The notes below the pieces were generated by a model, which did not search any database, had not been told where the DNA came from, and saw only the letters and a list, made by a program, of their open reading frames with translations. Positions 45,174 to 56,603 of a stretch of DNA of 64,000 nt are shown one piece after another. The translations under genes were made by a program, and so were the position numbers. Origin of the DNA: Histomonas meleagridis 2922-C6/04-290x (Eukaryota; Protista; Parabasalia); assembly GCA_020184695.1 (NCBI GenBank), contig JAANOX010000241.1:372001-436000 (forward strand), given 5' to 3'. Each line of letters begins with the position of its first letter. Position 1 is the stretch's first letter.

Positions 45174-46441
45174 GGGTGGTCCAAAAGTCTTTACATCCCA
45201 CTTTTTCTCGATAACTAAAAGATATTTTAATAAAACTTTTATATTATATAATAGTCTTAAATGTGTAGAATATTTTATCTATATAAATATTTTTTCTTAT
45301 GTGAATGTATAATGAGTTATGTACGTTTAAAATGTTATACGTCATTTTTTTTTAAAATGAAAACAGAAAATCGAACGGTATTTCATTATTGCTTTCTTCG
45401 TGGATTATCAGTTGAAGATACATATAATTAAATGATCATAGCTTATGACCATAAGTTTCCTCAACCCAGAACAATTAAGAAATGGTCCGAGAGATTTGAA
45501 GAGAAATCAGAAAGCATCGAAGATTTACCCCGTACGGGGAGACCCAAAAAAGAGGGGTTAGATATTAAAATTCCCGATATTCTTAACAATGAATCATTTT
45601 CTTCAGCCAGGCACATAGCAGATATATTAGACAAACCAAAAACAACAATATTACGTGTTTTACATGAACAATCAAAATTCAGAAAATTTAATTGTAAATG
45701 GATCCCTCATCAGCTAACGAATTCAAACAAACTTAGTCGAGTTGAGATGGGGAAAGAAATGTTATCAATTTTACTCGGCAACAAATATTCATGGAGCAAC
45801 ATATTTACTGGTGATGAATCTTGGTTCTATTGGGTATCTAATTATACCTCTCAATGGCTTCCTTTCTATTCACAACGTCCAGAAAATCCGAAACAATTAA
45901 TTAATAGTCAAAAAACGATGGTCAGTATTTTTTTTCTACGGAGGGGTTTATTTTGATACAGACTTTACCTAAAAACTGATTCCACATTTATGAATGAGGT
46001 TGTTCTTAAAAACATTCATAAGAAGGTAAGAAAAAGGAGACCTGTAACTATTACAAAAGGCTGCATGATTCATATGGACAATGCACCATGTCATAACTCC
46101 GATAGTGTATCAAATGAAATCGAATAATATGGACTTGCACGCATGCCACACTTACCCTACTCCCCAGATATTGCTCCTTGTGACTTCTGGTTATTTGGGG
46201 ATGCAAAATGATAGTTATAAGGTTACCAATTCAATGGGGAGGAGGCCTTGATTCAAAAAATCGTCGAAATTTTGAGAACGATAAAGAAGTCAACTTTACA
46301 ACGAATATATCGCGAATGGTGTCTTCGTCTTGAATGGGTAATTAACAACGGAGGGGAGTACTATAAGAATATCTAAATAAAAAAAATTCTAATTATTATT
46401 TATTCAGAAAAAGGCATGTTGCACGAACTTTTGGACCACCC
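45174..46441 (+). mobile_element. Full-length non-autonomous (inactivated) mariner DNA transposon, 1268 bp
   Basis: Perfect 15-bp TIRs GGGTGGTCCAAAAGT (45174-45188) and ACTTTTGGACCACCC (46427-46441), imperfectly extending further. TA target duplication at 45172-45173 and 46442-46443. Confidence 0.95.
45357..46376 (+). pseudogene. Mariner DD34D transposase, inactivated
   Basis: KWIPHQLT, FTGDESWF, MDNAPCH and YSPDIAPCDFWLF, with 34 residues between the second and third Asp. Premature stops at about 45429, 46125 and 46209-46220; reading frame disrupted near 45950. Confidence 0.95.
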
Positions 46442-46999
46442 TATATGAATCTCATTAAATAAAATACTTTGATGATGCATAACATTAATGCATTATATCA
46501 TGTTAATATTAACTTTAAAACTTTCATAATGATATTAAATGGATATGATCAAATATCTTTCATACATTCAATACGATGAATAATGAGGTATAAATATCAA
46601 AGAACATATGGCTTATTCACATTACAGATTATAACTTTCACACTAACACTTAATTAACATGGAACTCATTATCAATAAAGAAAAAATAAATAAGTGCCAA
46701 TGGTAAAATAACATATTCGAATTTAAAAAGTAAAGCGAAAGTAATAAATCAATTCATAAATGATGAAGAAAATTAATGTGAAAAATTAATACTGCAAAAT
46801 AAAAATGAAAATAAATATCAAAATGTTTATTTATTGTAAAACTATTTTTGAAATGAGTGTTAAGAAGCATATAACCATAACATTGGAATTTTAATTTATT
46901 TTACAAAGACGTTAAATCACCTCACATGTTTTATTTATTGACATGTGACATGAAACATTATCAAAAAAAATCAAATTAAAAATTTGTTAAAACAATAAG

Positions 47000-47943
47000 A
47001 TGAAAATATTTAATCGAGGAGGTTTAAACTAATGTCGAAGACCAGGCGTATCATGAATTAGTGATAAAGCCAATTCTACACCAAATTATGAAGATAATGA
47101 CACAGCAGTTTCACACGTAATGCTTCCCAAATATGAAGCATTTAAAGCATATCCAGTTCCGATTGAATTAGATCAATATGAAAAAGAAATGTTAGGTGAA
47201 GCGTGAGCACGTCTGACCAAGGTAAGAAAGCGAACGTCAATTAGAAGTATTACGTAATATTACATCATTAAAGAAGAAACGTGAACAAGCGGAGCAGGCA
47301 TTATTATTGAAGAGAAAAATGAAGTTTGAAATTGATGTTATTAGCACGCGCAAAGCGAAGAATTCAAAATTTGATACTAAATACGACGACAAAATAGCGA
47401 AACTTCAACTAATTCGACGCATTAAGAACAAGATTCAGGAGAAGAAACAATGAAAAGAAGTTACAATTACGCAACTTAAGACAGAATTAACGAAAATGAA
47501 ATTATTTGTTAATCAATGCTGAACTTATATTACCATTACCGCGAATTAATGAAGAAGAACTTAAAAACATTGGATCATTTCGACATATCCAAAATGTGAT
47601 ATCGAAATCATCAACATTTAAATGATAACGAAAGTAAGTTCATGAAAAAGATTATTTCGACTATATTAATATTGATCAACAAAAGGAAAACATCCGAAAT
47701 ATTTCATTAATAAATCACTCGAAAGATGCAATTAAACATCCGAAGAAAGAAAACAAATAAAAATTTTATTCTGAATTGGCGTTACTAAAGAATTACTTGT
47801 TGAAGCTGAAACATTAATTAAATCGAATACTGAATAATTTGCTCAAATGGAATGAAATATACGGAAATTTTCGAATGAAGAAGAAGTAACAATTATCAGC
47901 ATAAGTCACATTAATATTAAAGAATTAAATCATCAAGTGGAAT
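47000..47943 (+). pseudogene. CDC5L: Decayed CDC5L/Cef1-like splicing factor copy lacking the Myb repeats
   Basis: Starts MKIFNRGG (compare CDC5 MRIxIKGG), soon followed by YPVPIELDQYEKEMLGEA*ARL..GKKA (compare [32 protein letters not shown]). Many stops and frameshifts; the 3' limit is approximate. Confidence 0.65.
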
Positions 47944-48289
47944 TACATGTTAAAGAATAAATTTCTCAACAGATTCAGAATGAGAAGAAAAGATATTAAA
48001 AATTCGACTTGAAACAATTCAACAAGAAATTCAAAAATGTGAATACGAAGCAGCCGCGCTGCACCTGAATATCGTTTTATTCTTGAAAGAAAAGGAAAAG
48101 GAATAAATAAAATAAATTTAATTTCATTAACAGTTCTTCGCTCTAAACTCATAATTTAAAAAATGTTCAGAGAAGTACTTCTCACTTTAATGATTTCTTG
48201 AAAGTTATAATTTCGATGTGTTTCTTTTCTTAATTCCTTTTACAGAAAAACAATCAGCAGCAAATCATTTAGAGAGTGTTATAATATGA

Positions 48290-48880
48290 CATCAATTACT
48301 GTTGAAGAAGGAGTTGAAGAAATTTGTGATTATGTTTAGCAACAATGTAAATCATTCCCAAATATTTCAATTACATCGATTTCTAACACTGCATTTTCAT
48401 GATGATAATGTATCATTAAATAATTCAAAATATTCTAATTATGATAATGATGGAATTCTTTATAACAAAAACATCACAGAACTTCATTAGTAACCAAATG
48501 GTGAAGAAACAATATCATTTCCAAACACTGTCACAACTATTCGATCATTATCATTTGGAGGATCTTCAATACGAAATATTACAATTGCAAATAAAATTAA
48601 AACGATTGAATCAAGAGCATAATATTTATGATCCGATTTGATTACAGATAATATTGGAGAAGGCGTTTAAACAATTGGAGAAACAGCATCTGCATCATAT
48701 ACTTCGTTACCAAATATTACAATTCCAGGAACAAATAAAACAATTGGATCATAAGCATTTTACACATGCTCTAATTAATATTGAAGAAGGAGTTAAATAA
48801 ATTTGAATTTGCAATTTCAGGGTGTAAATAATCTCAAAAGCATTTATTATTATGGTGAAACATAACCAAATGATTTAAAA
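48290..48880 (+). pseudogene. bspA: Degraded BspA-like LRR fragment
   Basis: SKYSNYDNDGILYNKNITEL, ISFPNTVTTI, IGEGV*TIGETA and LPNITIP in shifting frames. Confidence 0.75.
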
Positions 48881-48989
48881 TAATAATTATTTCATATAAT
48901 ATAATCATATGTATATAATGAGATGTTTAATTCTTGTCTATTGCAAATCATTAATTTAATAACGATAAAAAATGTTTAATAACATCAAA

Positions 48990-49539
48990 AACACACCATT
49001 TTAATCACCAAATTCAGCTCTATCACTTTGCATTCATTATATTATATAAAAGTGGCTTTATAACCATTTAAATCAACATCTTTTATGGGTGCCTTTAAAT
49101 ATTGAAACAAAATTCAGTGTTAAATTGAAAAACTTCAAGAAAACAACGAATTTTTTATTAATTAACCGTGTGATTTTTAACTTTTGTATTGGCCGATGTG
49201 TATTTAGTAAAGGTCTGTAAGTATCTTACAAGCTGAACCATGAAAATTCTTCATTTACTGTTCATTTCGAACGTAGCAAAGCAATATAGAGCCGATACGA
49301 CGCCAGGAATTCCATTTTTTGCGACCACAAAAATATCAAATATGAAAAAGAACCTAAGCAAAGAAGGTCTCACTCATACACACAAAGCAAAAGATTCAAT
49401 CTTTGAAGTTAATATTGAAAATTCTGATATATTTAACAATAATTCTTCTATCGTTAAAACTGGTTTATTCTTAAATTTCATGACTGACAGTAAGTTTCCA
49501 TCAATAGTACTTCATGATTTTAATGATAAAATAAAATAG
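48990..49539 (+). repeat. Dispersed cassette copy 2, including truncated ORF 49240-49539
   Basis: Paralog of 42975-43535; 99-aa ORF MKILHLLFISNVAKQ...DFNDKIK*. Confidence 0.8.
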
Positions 49540-49679
49540 TGCGATAAACTATAGAATATACAATAAAGTATTGAAAACATTCGGTGGTTTTTGATCGAAT
49601 CGCATTGGAAAAGAGAAACCGTCAAACCGTCATTGAATAAAAAATGCACTCGGGCAACTTTTTACTTAAGGTGCTGTGC

Positions 49680-51620
49680 TTATGAAGGTGGGGCTGCGCA
49701 CTTTGCTAAGTATTCATCGATCTTCTTGAATGAAGCCTCTGCAGCAAGACAAGCATTTTTAATGATTTCTGATTTATCCTCCATTGGTTTTATTTGGTTA
49801 TACGCAGTTAACATTTGTGTTTTCATCATTGTTAATGATGGTATCATGAACTGATTTGGCGGCATACTTGTAGTTGAATCAATTGACATTTGATATGCGT
49901 TTAAAGTTGGCACTTGCATTTGTTCCATGTTCACTATTTCCACTGTTTTACCACCCTCAGGCTCCTTCTTTAACATTTCATTCACTTCATCCACAAGTTC
50001 GATGTATTTTTGCATCTTCTTTAACTTATCAACGTCACCTTCGAACCTCTCTACATCCAATTCGAATGCCCTTAATGATTCTTTCAATGATTTCTTATTA
50101 GCTTCTATCGAATATATATCGTTACTCTCAAATGCGTCTTTCATACTGCCTAATGCCAATATCAAACTACCGCTTTTAGCTGCTAAGAAGTTTTCCATTT
50201 GTAAAATTTTTCTTTTACCTTTTGTATCAACAATCAATTTCTCTAATTCATTAATCAAATCATTAGCTCCATCATATTTAAGATCCTTTAACTTCTTAAT
50301 GAATTCTTTAATTTTATTACGTTCTGTTTTATATGAACGATCATTCTTCTTCTTATAACAATCGTCAAGATCTTTTTGATGTTTTCTTATTTGTTTTTGA
50401 AGTTCTTCGAAATTATGTTTAACTTTATCGAGTTCTTTTTCAGCATTAATTTCTTGTTTTCTTTTTTCTACAATTTTCTTACAATTTTCAAACCAATCTC
50501 TACTTTCTTTTAATGCCTTCACATGATTTGGATTTTGGAAATCATCATCACCAAATAAAAGTCTTCCATATAAAACCATTGGAGTATCATCATCACAAAA
50601 CATTGGTAATGTTTTTTTCATACATTCCATTACGAATTTAAAGTTTTGGTCAATAATTTTAATTAAAATTTGTACTTTCGGTTTGTAATACTGAGTGAAA
50701 TCTATAAAAACTGATGGAAGTTCTTTTGCTAATTTCATTGATATTATTGATTCTTTACATAAATGAAATATTTCTATTCCTATTTTGTTATAAGGTAAAA
50801 CTATATGAGTGAAATCAATAGTATTTGAAGGCTCTGGTAATTTTCTCATTAATTTATTCCAACTTTCTGATTTATCTTCATCAACTTTTGGTAAGATTTC
50901 TCTCCAAAGAAATTCCGTTTTATGTGCATATTGTTTTGCTTCATAAGGATTATGAATTGTTAAAAGTTTTTCGGATATTTTTGTAAATATATTTTCAAAT
51001 CTTTTTTCGAAATCTGGTAATATATTAATCAGATCGATATATGGATCTGTATCATAATTACTTTTTATTTGTCTGAATTGCTTATATATACTTTTAAGGT
51101 TAATATCAATGTTTTCTAACTGCTTAAATAGAATTCCATTGTCTTTTGTAATGATATCAACGTCTTCTTTCCATCTTTTATAAATATCATAACGTTCCAT
51201 AAACTCTTGGTTAATTGGCTTTTTAAGATATCGTACATTTTCAATTGCTCTTTCTTTTCCTACGGGACTATTATAACATCGAGAATACTTTTCATACTTA
51301 TTCATTAATTCATGTTCGAATCCATCCATAAATTCTCTGAATTCGGGATAGCATTTTTCACCTGTGACTAGTTTTTTCCATATATATGTAACTCGTGCAA
51401 AGAATTCATTTAAATAGCGGACAAAACCAACATGCTGTTGAAATGAAACCATCATTACATGTGGTGAATCTCTTTCTGGTTCAGAATCATTCATGCCGGT
51501 GTGAATAATCCCCTTTAAAATGTTGAGTTGATGAGCTTCTGAGGCAGCCGCTTGATCGTCCTTGATCCTTTGGATAATAGAATCTAAGTCACGATATTCG
51601 TTGAACTTGGGGAAGTTCAT
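49680..51620 (-). CDS. Large helical/coiled-coil protein, possible degenerate DH (RhoGEF)-like N-terminal region
   Basis: Intact ORF. The probable ATG at 51620 follows an Inr-like TCACTT (alternative ATG at 51665). KYEKYSRCY...YLKKPINQEFMERY weakly resembles the DH motif YLIKPVQRxxRY. Confidence 0.8.
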   Translation of the reverse strand: MNFPKFNEYRDLDSIIQRIKDDQAAASEAHQLNILKGIIHTGMNDSEPERDSPHVMMVSFQQHVGFVRYLNEFFARVTYIWKKLVTGEKCYPEFREFMDGFEHELMNKYEKYSRCYNSPVGKERAIENVRYLKKPINQEFMERYDIYKRWKEDVDIITKDNGILFKQLENIDINLKSIYKQFRQIKSNYDTDPYIDLINILPDFEKRFENIFTKISEKLLTIHNPYEAKQYAHKTEFLWREILPKVDEDKSESWNKLMRKLPEPSNTIDFTHIVLPYNKIGIEIFHLCKESIISMKLAKELPSVFIDFTQYYKPKVQILIKIIDQNFKFVMECMKKTLPMFCDDDTPMVLYGRLLFGDDDFQNPNHVKALKESRDWFENCKKIVEKRKQEINAEKELDKVKHNFEELQKQIRKHQKDLDDCYKKKNDRSYKTERNKIKEFIKKLKDLKYDGANDLINELEKLIVDTKGKRKILQMENFLAAKSGSLILALGSMKDAFESNDIYSIEANKKSLKESLRAFELDVERFEGDVDKLKKMQKYIELVDEVNEMLKKEPEGGKTVEIVNMEQMQVPTLNAYQMSIDSTTSMPPNQFMIPSLTMMKTQMLTAYNQIKPMEDKSEIIKNACLAAEASFKKIDEYLAKCAAPPS

Positions 51621-52712
51621 TATGAGAAGTGAAGTCACTCTTATAATAAATTCATTTTGAATCATTTTTTTCTGAAAAAAATCACTTTTTCAATGAGGTA
51701 ATAATTGATTTTGTCAAAAATTGAAAGCAACAATGCTGTTGTTGTTGTTGAGTTATTTGTAAGTAATTAGTTAACATGTTAACATGTTTAATATTCATTT
51801 TTTAAGGTAAATCACAATTTTTCACATTCATTTTTTAATGAAATTCACACGGTTATAATGAATCATCGGATCTAGTGGATCTTTAAAAAAATGGGGAATG
51901 GAGCTTTCCTAAAAAGAACGAATTAGTACAGTGTCGTTTGCGAAAGTACTTATGTTGCATTATCGCGAAGAAAAATACCAAAAATATAAATTTATATATT
52001 ATAATGTTCAATTCCGAAACTTCATTTATTTTATTACTTAAGAACAACATTTTAGTAATTATGGATATCAATTATATTGATTATATATCTGTTTTCATAT
52101 ATAGAAACTATTTTCAGTTAATTTTAATCAAATTAGTGGAAAATAATTATTACAATTAAAATTGTATGTGTAGTAATAATTCAGAACAAAAAATATATAT
52201 GTGAATTTGTAATTGAGAATGTGTTTCATTTTTTTGCTTTTAATGAAATATTTTTTTCATAAAATTTTATCGAATTGCATTATGCATATGTATAAATATC
52301 ATATTGCCAAATTCACATTAGAAGTAAATATAGAAAAATACTCTATGTAATTATCTTGTCAAGAAATTATTTTTTTATTTAATTAGATGTAATTTTTTTA
52401 TATAAATGAATCAATTTTATCACAACAATTGAATTCTCATTTAAAGAAATATATTTATAATGAAAAATAACGAAATGTTTCTCAAGCCATATTTTTGGAT
52501 ATTTTCAACATTACAAACATGTTGTTAAAAATAAATTAGTGTTGCTGTGGAAATTATTTTTAATTTATAACAATGTTTCTAATATATTTCTAAAATCCAT
52601 ATGTGAATTTATATATTCACTATTTCAACCACAAATCTGAGATTTTCATACATGAATTCATTAAAAAACTCATATATAGATTATCTCGCGAGAATTATTT
52701 TTATGTCACTGC

Positions 52713-53610
52713 TCAGATCCACTGTTCTGTTTCCTGCTGGAGGCATGTTGCTATATTTGCTTCGTGTACTACGTCTTCATCTAATTCACTCTTTGATTGA
52801 ATATATTTTTTCGTTAGCTGCTCATCTCCTTTTTTCTTTTGACGGAAGAGAAACACTACTGCGCCAGCAATGATCAAAACTGTAGTAACGCATCTGTAAA
52901 TGAGGCTAAGTAATATCGATTTCCGATCCTTTTGTGTGAAAAGCACATTGACCAATGAGTAGTAAGGAAGGATCGTAGAAAACAGTGCTCACGTAAGCAA
53001 TGATATTTGAAATATCGATGAAAGAGGCCATTTGCTACCGCAATGGGCTATAGCCAAAGGTACGAGCGAATGACCATCACCGTTTGCACAAACGAAAAAG
53101 AGCAAATGAACAAGCTATAAAGTGCTTGAAAGTGTCGAGTTGAGGGAATTCCTTTCTGCAAATGAGTTTGAACTAATGAACGCCCTGGACTTTGTGAATG
53201 AGTTCGAGTTAGTGAATACATTGGAGTTGGTGAAAAAGCTTGTTGGATCTGGGATCCATTTGCTTAATGACTTTAGTGCGTGATAATATTAGTGTATGCG
53301 ATATGGTGAGTATAAGCGAAACATTAGGTGAGGGCAAATGAGATAAAGTTATCGATAATTTTCGTGTCTGCATTTGCGAGAGTGTTGTTGAGTGCTTCGT
53401 TATTTGTGATAGAGTAAATGAAATTGTATATTTAGAGATGGAGTCAAAGTGGGAAATACAGATTACGACAGTGTTTGCTATTGGGGTATATGGAACGAGT
53501 GTGTTCGAGTCAGTAAGCGAACTTGTCCAAGTTGATGTCTGGGACAGTGTGTTGGTCTTTGACAGCGTTTACTTTGAAGAAGGGGTTAACGTGCTTGATA
53601 TGACACGAAT
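52713..53610 (-). pseudogene. Orphan surface-protein tail: S/T-rich stalk fragments, TM and acidic tail
   Basis: TLSKTNTLSQTSTWTSS and FTNSNVFTNSNSFTKS repeats with stops; TM TVLIIAGAVVFLF-RQKKK; tail ...QQETEQWI*. Confidence 0.7.
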
Positions 53611-54073
53611 TTAATATTGATGTTAAATAAAAATAAAATATGTTATTCTATTCTTTATCGATATTATTAGTATATTAAAAAAATTAATAAATATTATTAA
53701 CATCACTTGAAAAGAAGAAATTTTTCTTTTTTGGCGGCCGTTAATTTGACTCCTTTCTGAATAAGTGAAAGACTGTGGTCAATACAGATTATTAACGAAG
53801 GAAAATGATAGTTTTTAAATTTTTTTTATTGAACAAAAATAGTCGATGTCGTAAAGTGGGGGAGTAAAACGCAAAAGAACAATTCAAACATTATTTTTTG
53901 TTCATTCAAAATATTCTATGAGATTACTCATTCCAGAATTGTATGCCTAGACACCGTTTGTCGAAATAACGATAGGAAAATTTCAAAGCGTTATTGAATT
54001 TACGATAAATTTGAGTGTTATCAATACACTTTTTCAGAAGCATGATCAAGTGAACTGGCTCTGAACAGCCAAA

Positions 54074-55282
54074 ATGATATCTGCTCCCAAGTGCAAGTTA
54101 ATGCCGATTGATCTCTCAACAATACTTGCAAGATCAGATACCCAACTCGTAATTGAGCTCGAACATCCAAAGTATATTCCAGAATTTATCGAGAGATTCC
54201 AAAAATATACATACGGACTCCGTCTAAAGACAGACGGAGAAAACTACATTGCGAAAACAGATATTTTGGATCCCATCCGTCTCCCAAATATTTCGAAAAT
54301 TGAAGATGTATGTACTGAAATCTTCAAAAGGCAACCACCATTTTCTAAATCTCTTGGAATTCTTGGGTATAACGATAGATTTATTGCATTAAATGTTAAT
54401 CATACAGTTGGATATGGATATACTTTACTCAAAATCTCAGAATTAATTCAAGATCCTCAACCAGTTCAACTTCCCATCTTACCTGAATGTCCACAAGTCA
54501 CATTTAAAGACCTTATTAAAGATTTAGATCCAGAATTTATTGGATCAAATCTTCAACAATTAACTTATTTCAAATCAGAAAAAACTTCACCTTCTTCACC
54601 AAATGCTATCTCTGGACATAATTTCATCCGCGATGACATTACAAGCTACAAGTCATATGATCCACAAAAGAAAAGACTTAGTGGATTCAATGATTATTAT
54701 TGGGTTGGAGCTATTCTTTCTGGGTGCAGTTTAATGAACAAACTAAGTCCCTTTGGATGTATGACTGTTATTGATATACGTAATCTGATCAATAATCCAG
54801 GAATTCAACATTCAAATCATTATGCATTTATGGACCTTGTCTCACCAATCACCAAAAGCATGACAGTTGGCGACGTTCTTAAAAATATTCGAGCCGATTT
54901 CGAATATCGTAGGAAGCGTGGTGATTATAAATATATGTTTCTTCCAAATCATACAAATCGACCTGATCCGTCAATGATATATAGCATCGTTTCGAACGCA
55001 GGAACATTTAGGATACGAAGTCCAATCAAAGACCTTATTATTGAAAATCTTTGCATGAATGATAAAATTGATATATTTGGTTGGGTTGGACATTCACTGA
55101 TAAATGAGACAACTGGAAAGACGACTTTCACATTCGGACCACATTACTCAACAAATTTGATTAATGATCGCGACGCACTTAAGATATCGAAAGGTGTTCA
55201 GTATTTCTTAAAAAACATTCCAAAAGAAATGAATATTGTAGACGCATTTGAAGAAATTAGAGAATATCAGAAGAAAATTTAA
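54074..55282 (+). CDS. CoA-dependent acyltransferase / condensation-fold-like protein
   Basis: 402 aa. LGILGYNDRFIALNVNHTVGYG sits at the HxxxDG position; IDIRNLI...HSNH and IKNIRADF are typical of the second lobe. Confidence 0.65.
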   Translation: MISAPKCKLMPIDLSTILARSDTQLVIELEHPKYIPEFIERFQKYTYGLRLKTDGENYIAKTDILDPIRLPNISKIEDVCTEIFKRQPPFSKSLGILGYNDRFIALNVNHTVGYGYTLLKISELIQDPQPVQLPILPECPQVTFKDLIKDLDPEFIGSNLQQLTYFKSEKTSPSSPNAISGHNFIRDDITSYKSYDPQKKRLSGFNDYYWVGAILSGCSLMNKLSPFGCMTVIDIRNLINNPGIQHSNHYAFMDLVSPITKSMTVGDVLKNIRADFEYRRKRGDYKYMFLPNHTNRPDPSMIYSIVSNAGTFRIRSPIKDLIIENLCMNDKIDIFGWVGHSLINETTGKTTFTFGPHYSTNLINDRDALKISKGVQYFLKNIPKEMNIVDAFEEIREYQKKI

Positions 55283-55577
55283 TAAATTATTATAAAGTAT
55301 ACTTTGATTTTTGATTGGCATAAGAACTATGAAATCAAATTCTAATCGATAAATCTTAAATTATAAGTGGAACTCAAAGATGCCTTTGTCGAATATTAAA
55401 TAAGATTTAACTTTGATATTTTGAATTAATGCATTATTTTTTTTGTTGCATAATTACCGATGGTAGCTTCTTTTTTATGTATTTTTTATCAATGAAAAAG
55501 ATCTTTTAGAACAGAATCTTCAACATGTTTGTGTTGAAGCCGTTTAAAAAAAGTCTATTTCAAATAACATTTCACAA

Positions 55578-56603
55578 ATGTTCAAGCTAAAAAGAGTTCC
55601 AAAAAAATTATGGGTATTATATATAATATGTGTTATAATTGTTATTTTAATTAATATAAGTATTTCTCCAATAATAGGTGTAAAACAAGTCAATCAATGT
55701 AACTGTCCAGAATGTTTAGAATCTCAACCAAAAGTATATCAAAATATCGAAGATATGACATTTGTTACTGTACCTCGTCCAGTTACCAAAAAAGAACAAT
55801 TCAGAAAATTAAAATTAGCAGTTTCGTCATGGCTTGCTTCTTCGCCTTCTTCACATGTGCTCATGCTTATAAGTTCTCAAGAACTAGATCCGACAGGTAC
55901 GTTTGTTCGTGAGATTGAAAAAACATTTGGAAAAGACAGATTAATATTTGCTTCTGGACTTCGTACAGATCTTTCAGGTGTTCCATACATCAATGAATGG
56001 TTTATGCTTGGAATTGATGTTTGCCCATCGAAATATATTACATTTATAAATAGTGATATTCTTATTTCAGCAGGTTGGCTTCCACGTGTCAAGCAAGTAT
56101 ATGGAGCATTAGAAGGCAAAAACCCATTCATTATTGGTCAACGAATTGATTTTGATTTAGAAGACAAAAGATATGACAAGTTAAGATTTAATCAACAAAA
56201 TCTTCTTTCTGACATTGATTCTATGGTTCAAGAATCAAAACACAGTGACCACAGTCCATATGGTATCGATTTCTTCACATTTCGAGCAGATTCTCCACCG
56301 TTCGATCCACGAATGATTCCGCCATTTATCATGGGAAGATACAATTGGGACAACTGGCTGATTGGCTACATTAATAACGTTTGCGATTCTGTTACTTTTA
56401 ACCTCGATCCACCAATTTACCATATGAATCACATCAGACATAACTTCGATCCGAATCAACCAAAAGTTGCAATCAATCATCATCTGAAGATGGCTAACAA
56501 AGGATTTTTCGGATCAAATTATGATACAAAATACCAAGTCGTTAATGGTTTTGTTGAATCACGTCGAAACAAGTCGGAAAAATACAAATTACCAGAAATA
56601 TAA
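55578..56603 (+). CDS. Type II membrane putative glycosyltransferase (GT-A-like)
   Basis: N-terminal TM, YITFINSDIL (DxD-like), GIDFFTF, and PPFIMGRYNWDNWL. Confidence 0.75.
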   Translation: MFKLKRVPKKLWVLYIICVIIVILINISISPIIGVKQVNQCNCPECLESQPKVYQNIEDMTFVTVPRPVTKKEQFRKLKLAVSSWLASSPSSHVLMLISSQELDPTGTFVREIEKTFGKDRLIFASGLRTDLSGVPYINEWFMLGIDVCPSKYITFINSDILISAGWLPRVKQVYGALEGKNPFIIGQRIDFDLEDKRYDKLRFNQQNLLSDIDSMVQESKHSDHSPYGIDFFTFRADSPPFDPRMIPPFIMGRYNWDNWLIGYINNVCDSVTFNLDPPIYHMNHIRHNFDPNQPKVAINHHLKMANKGFFGSNYDTKYQVVNGFVESRRNKSEKYKLPEI

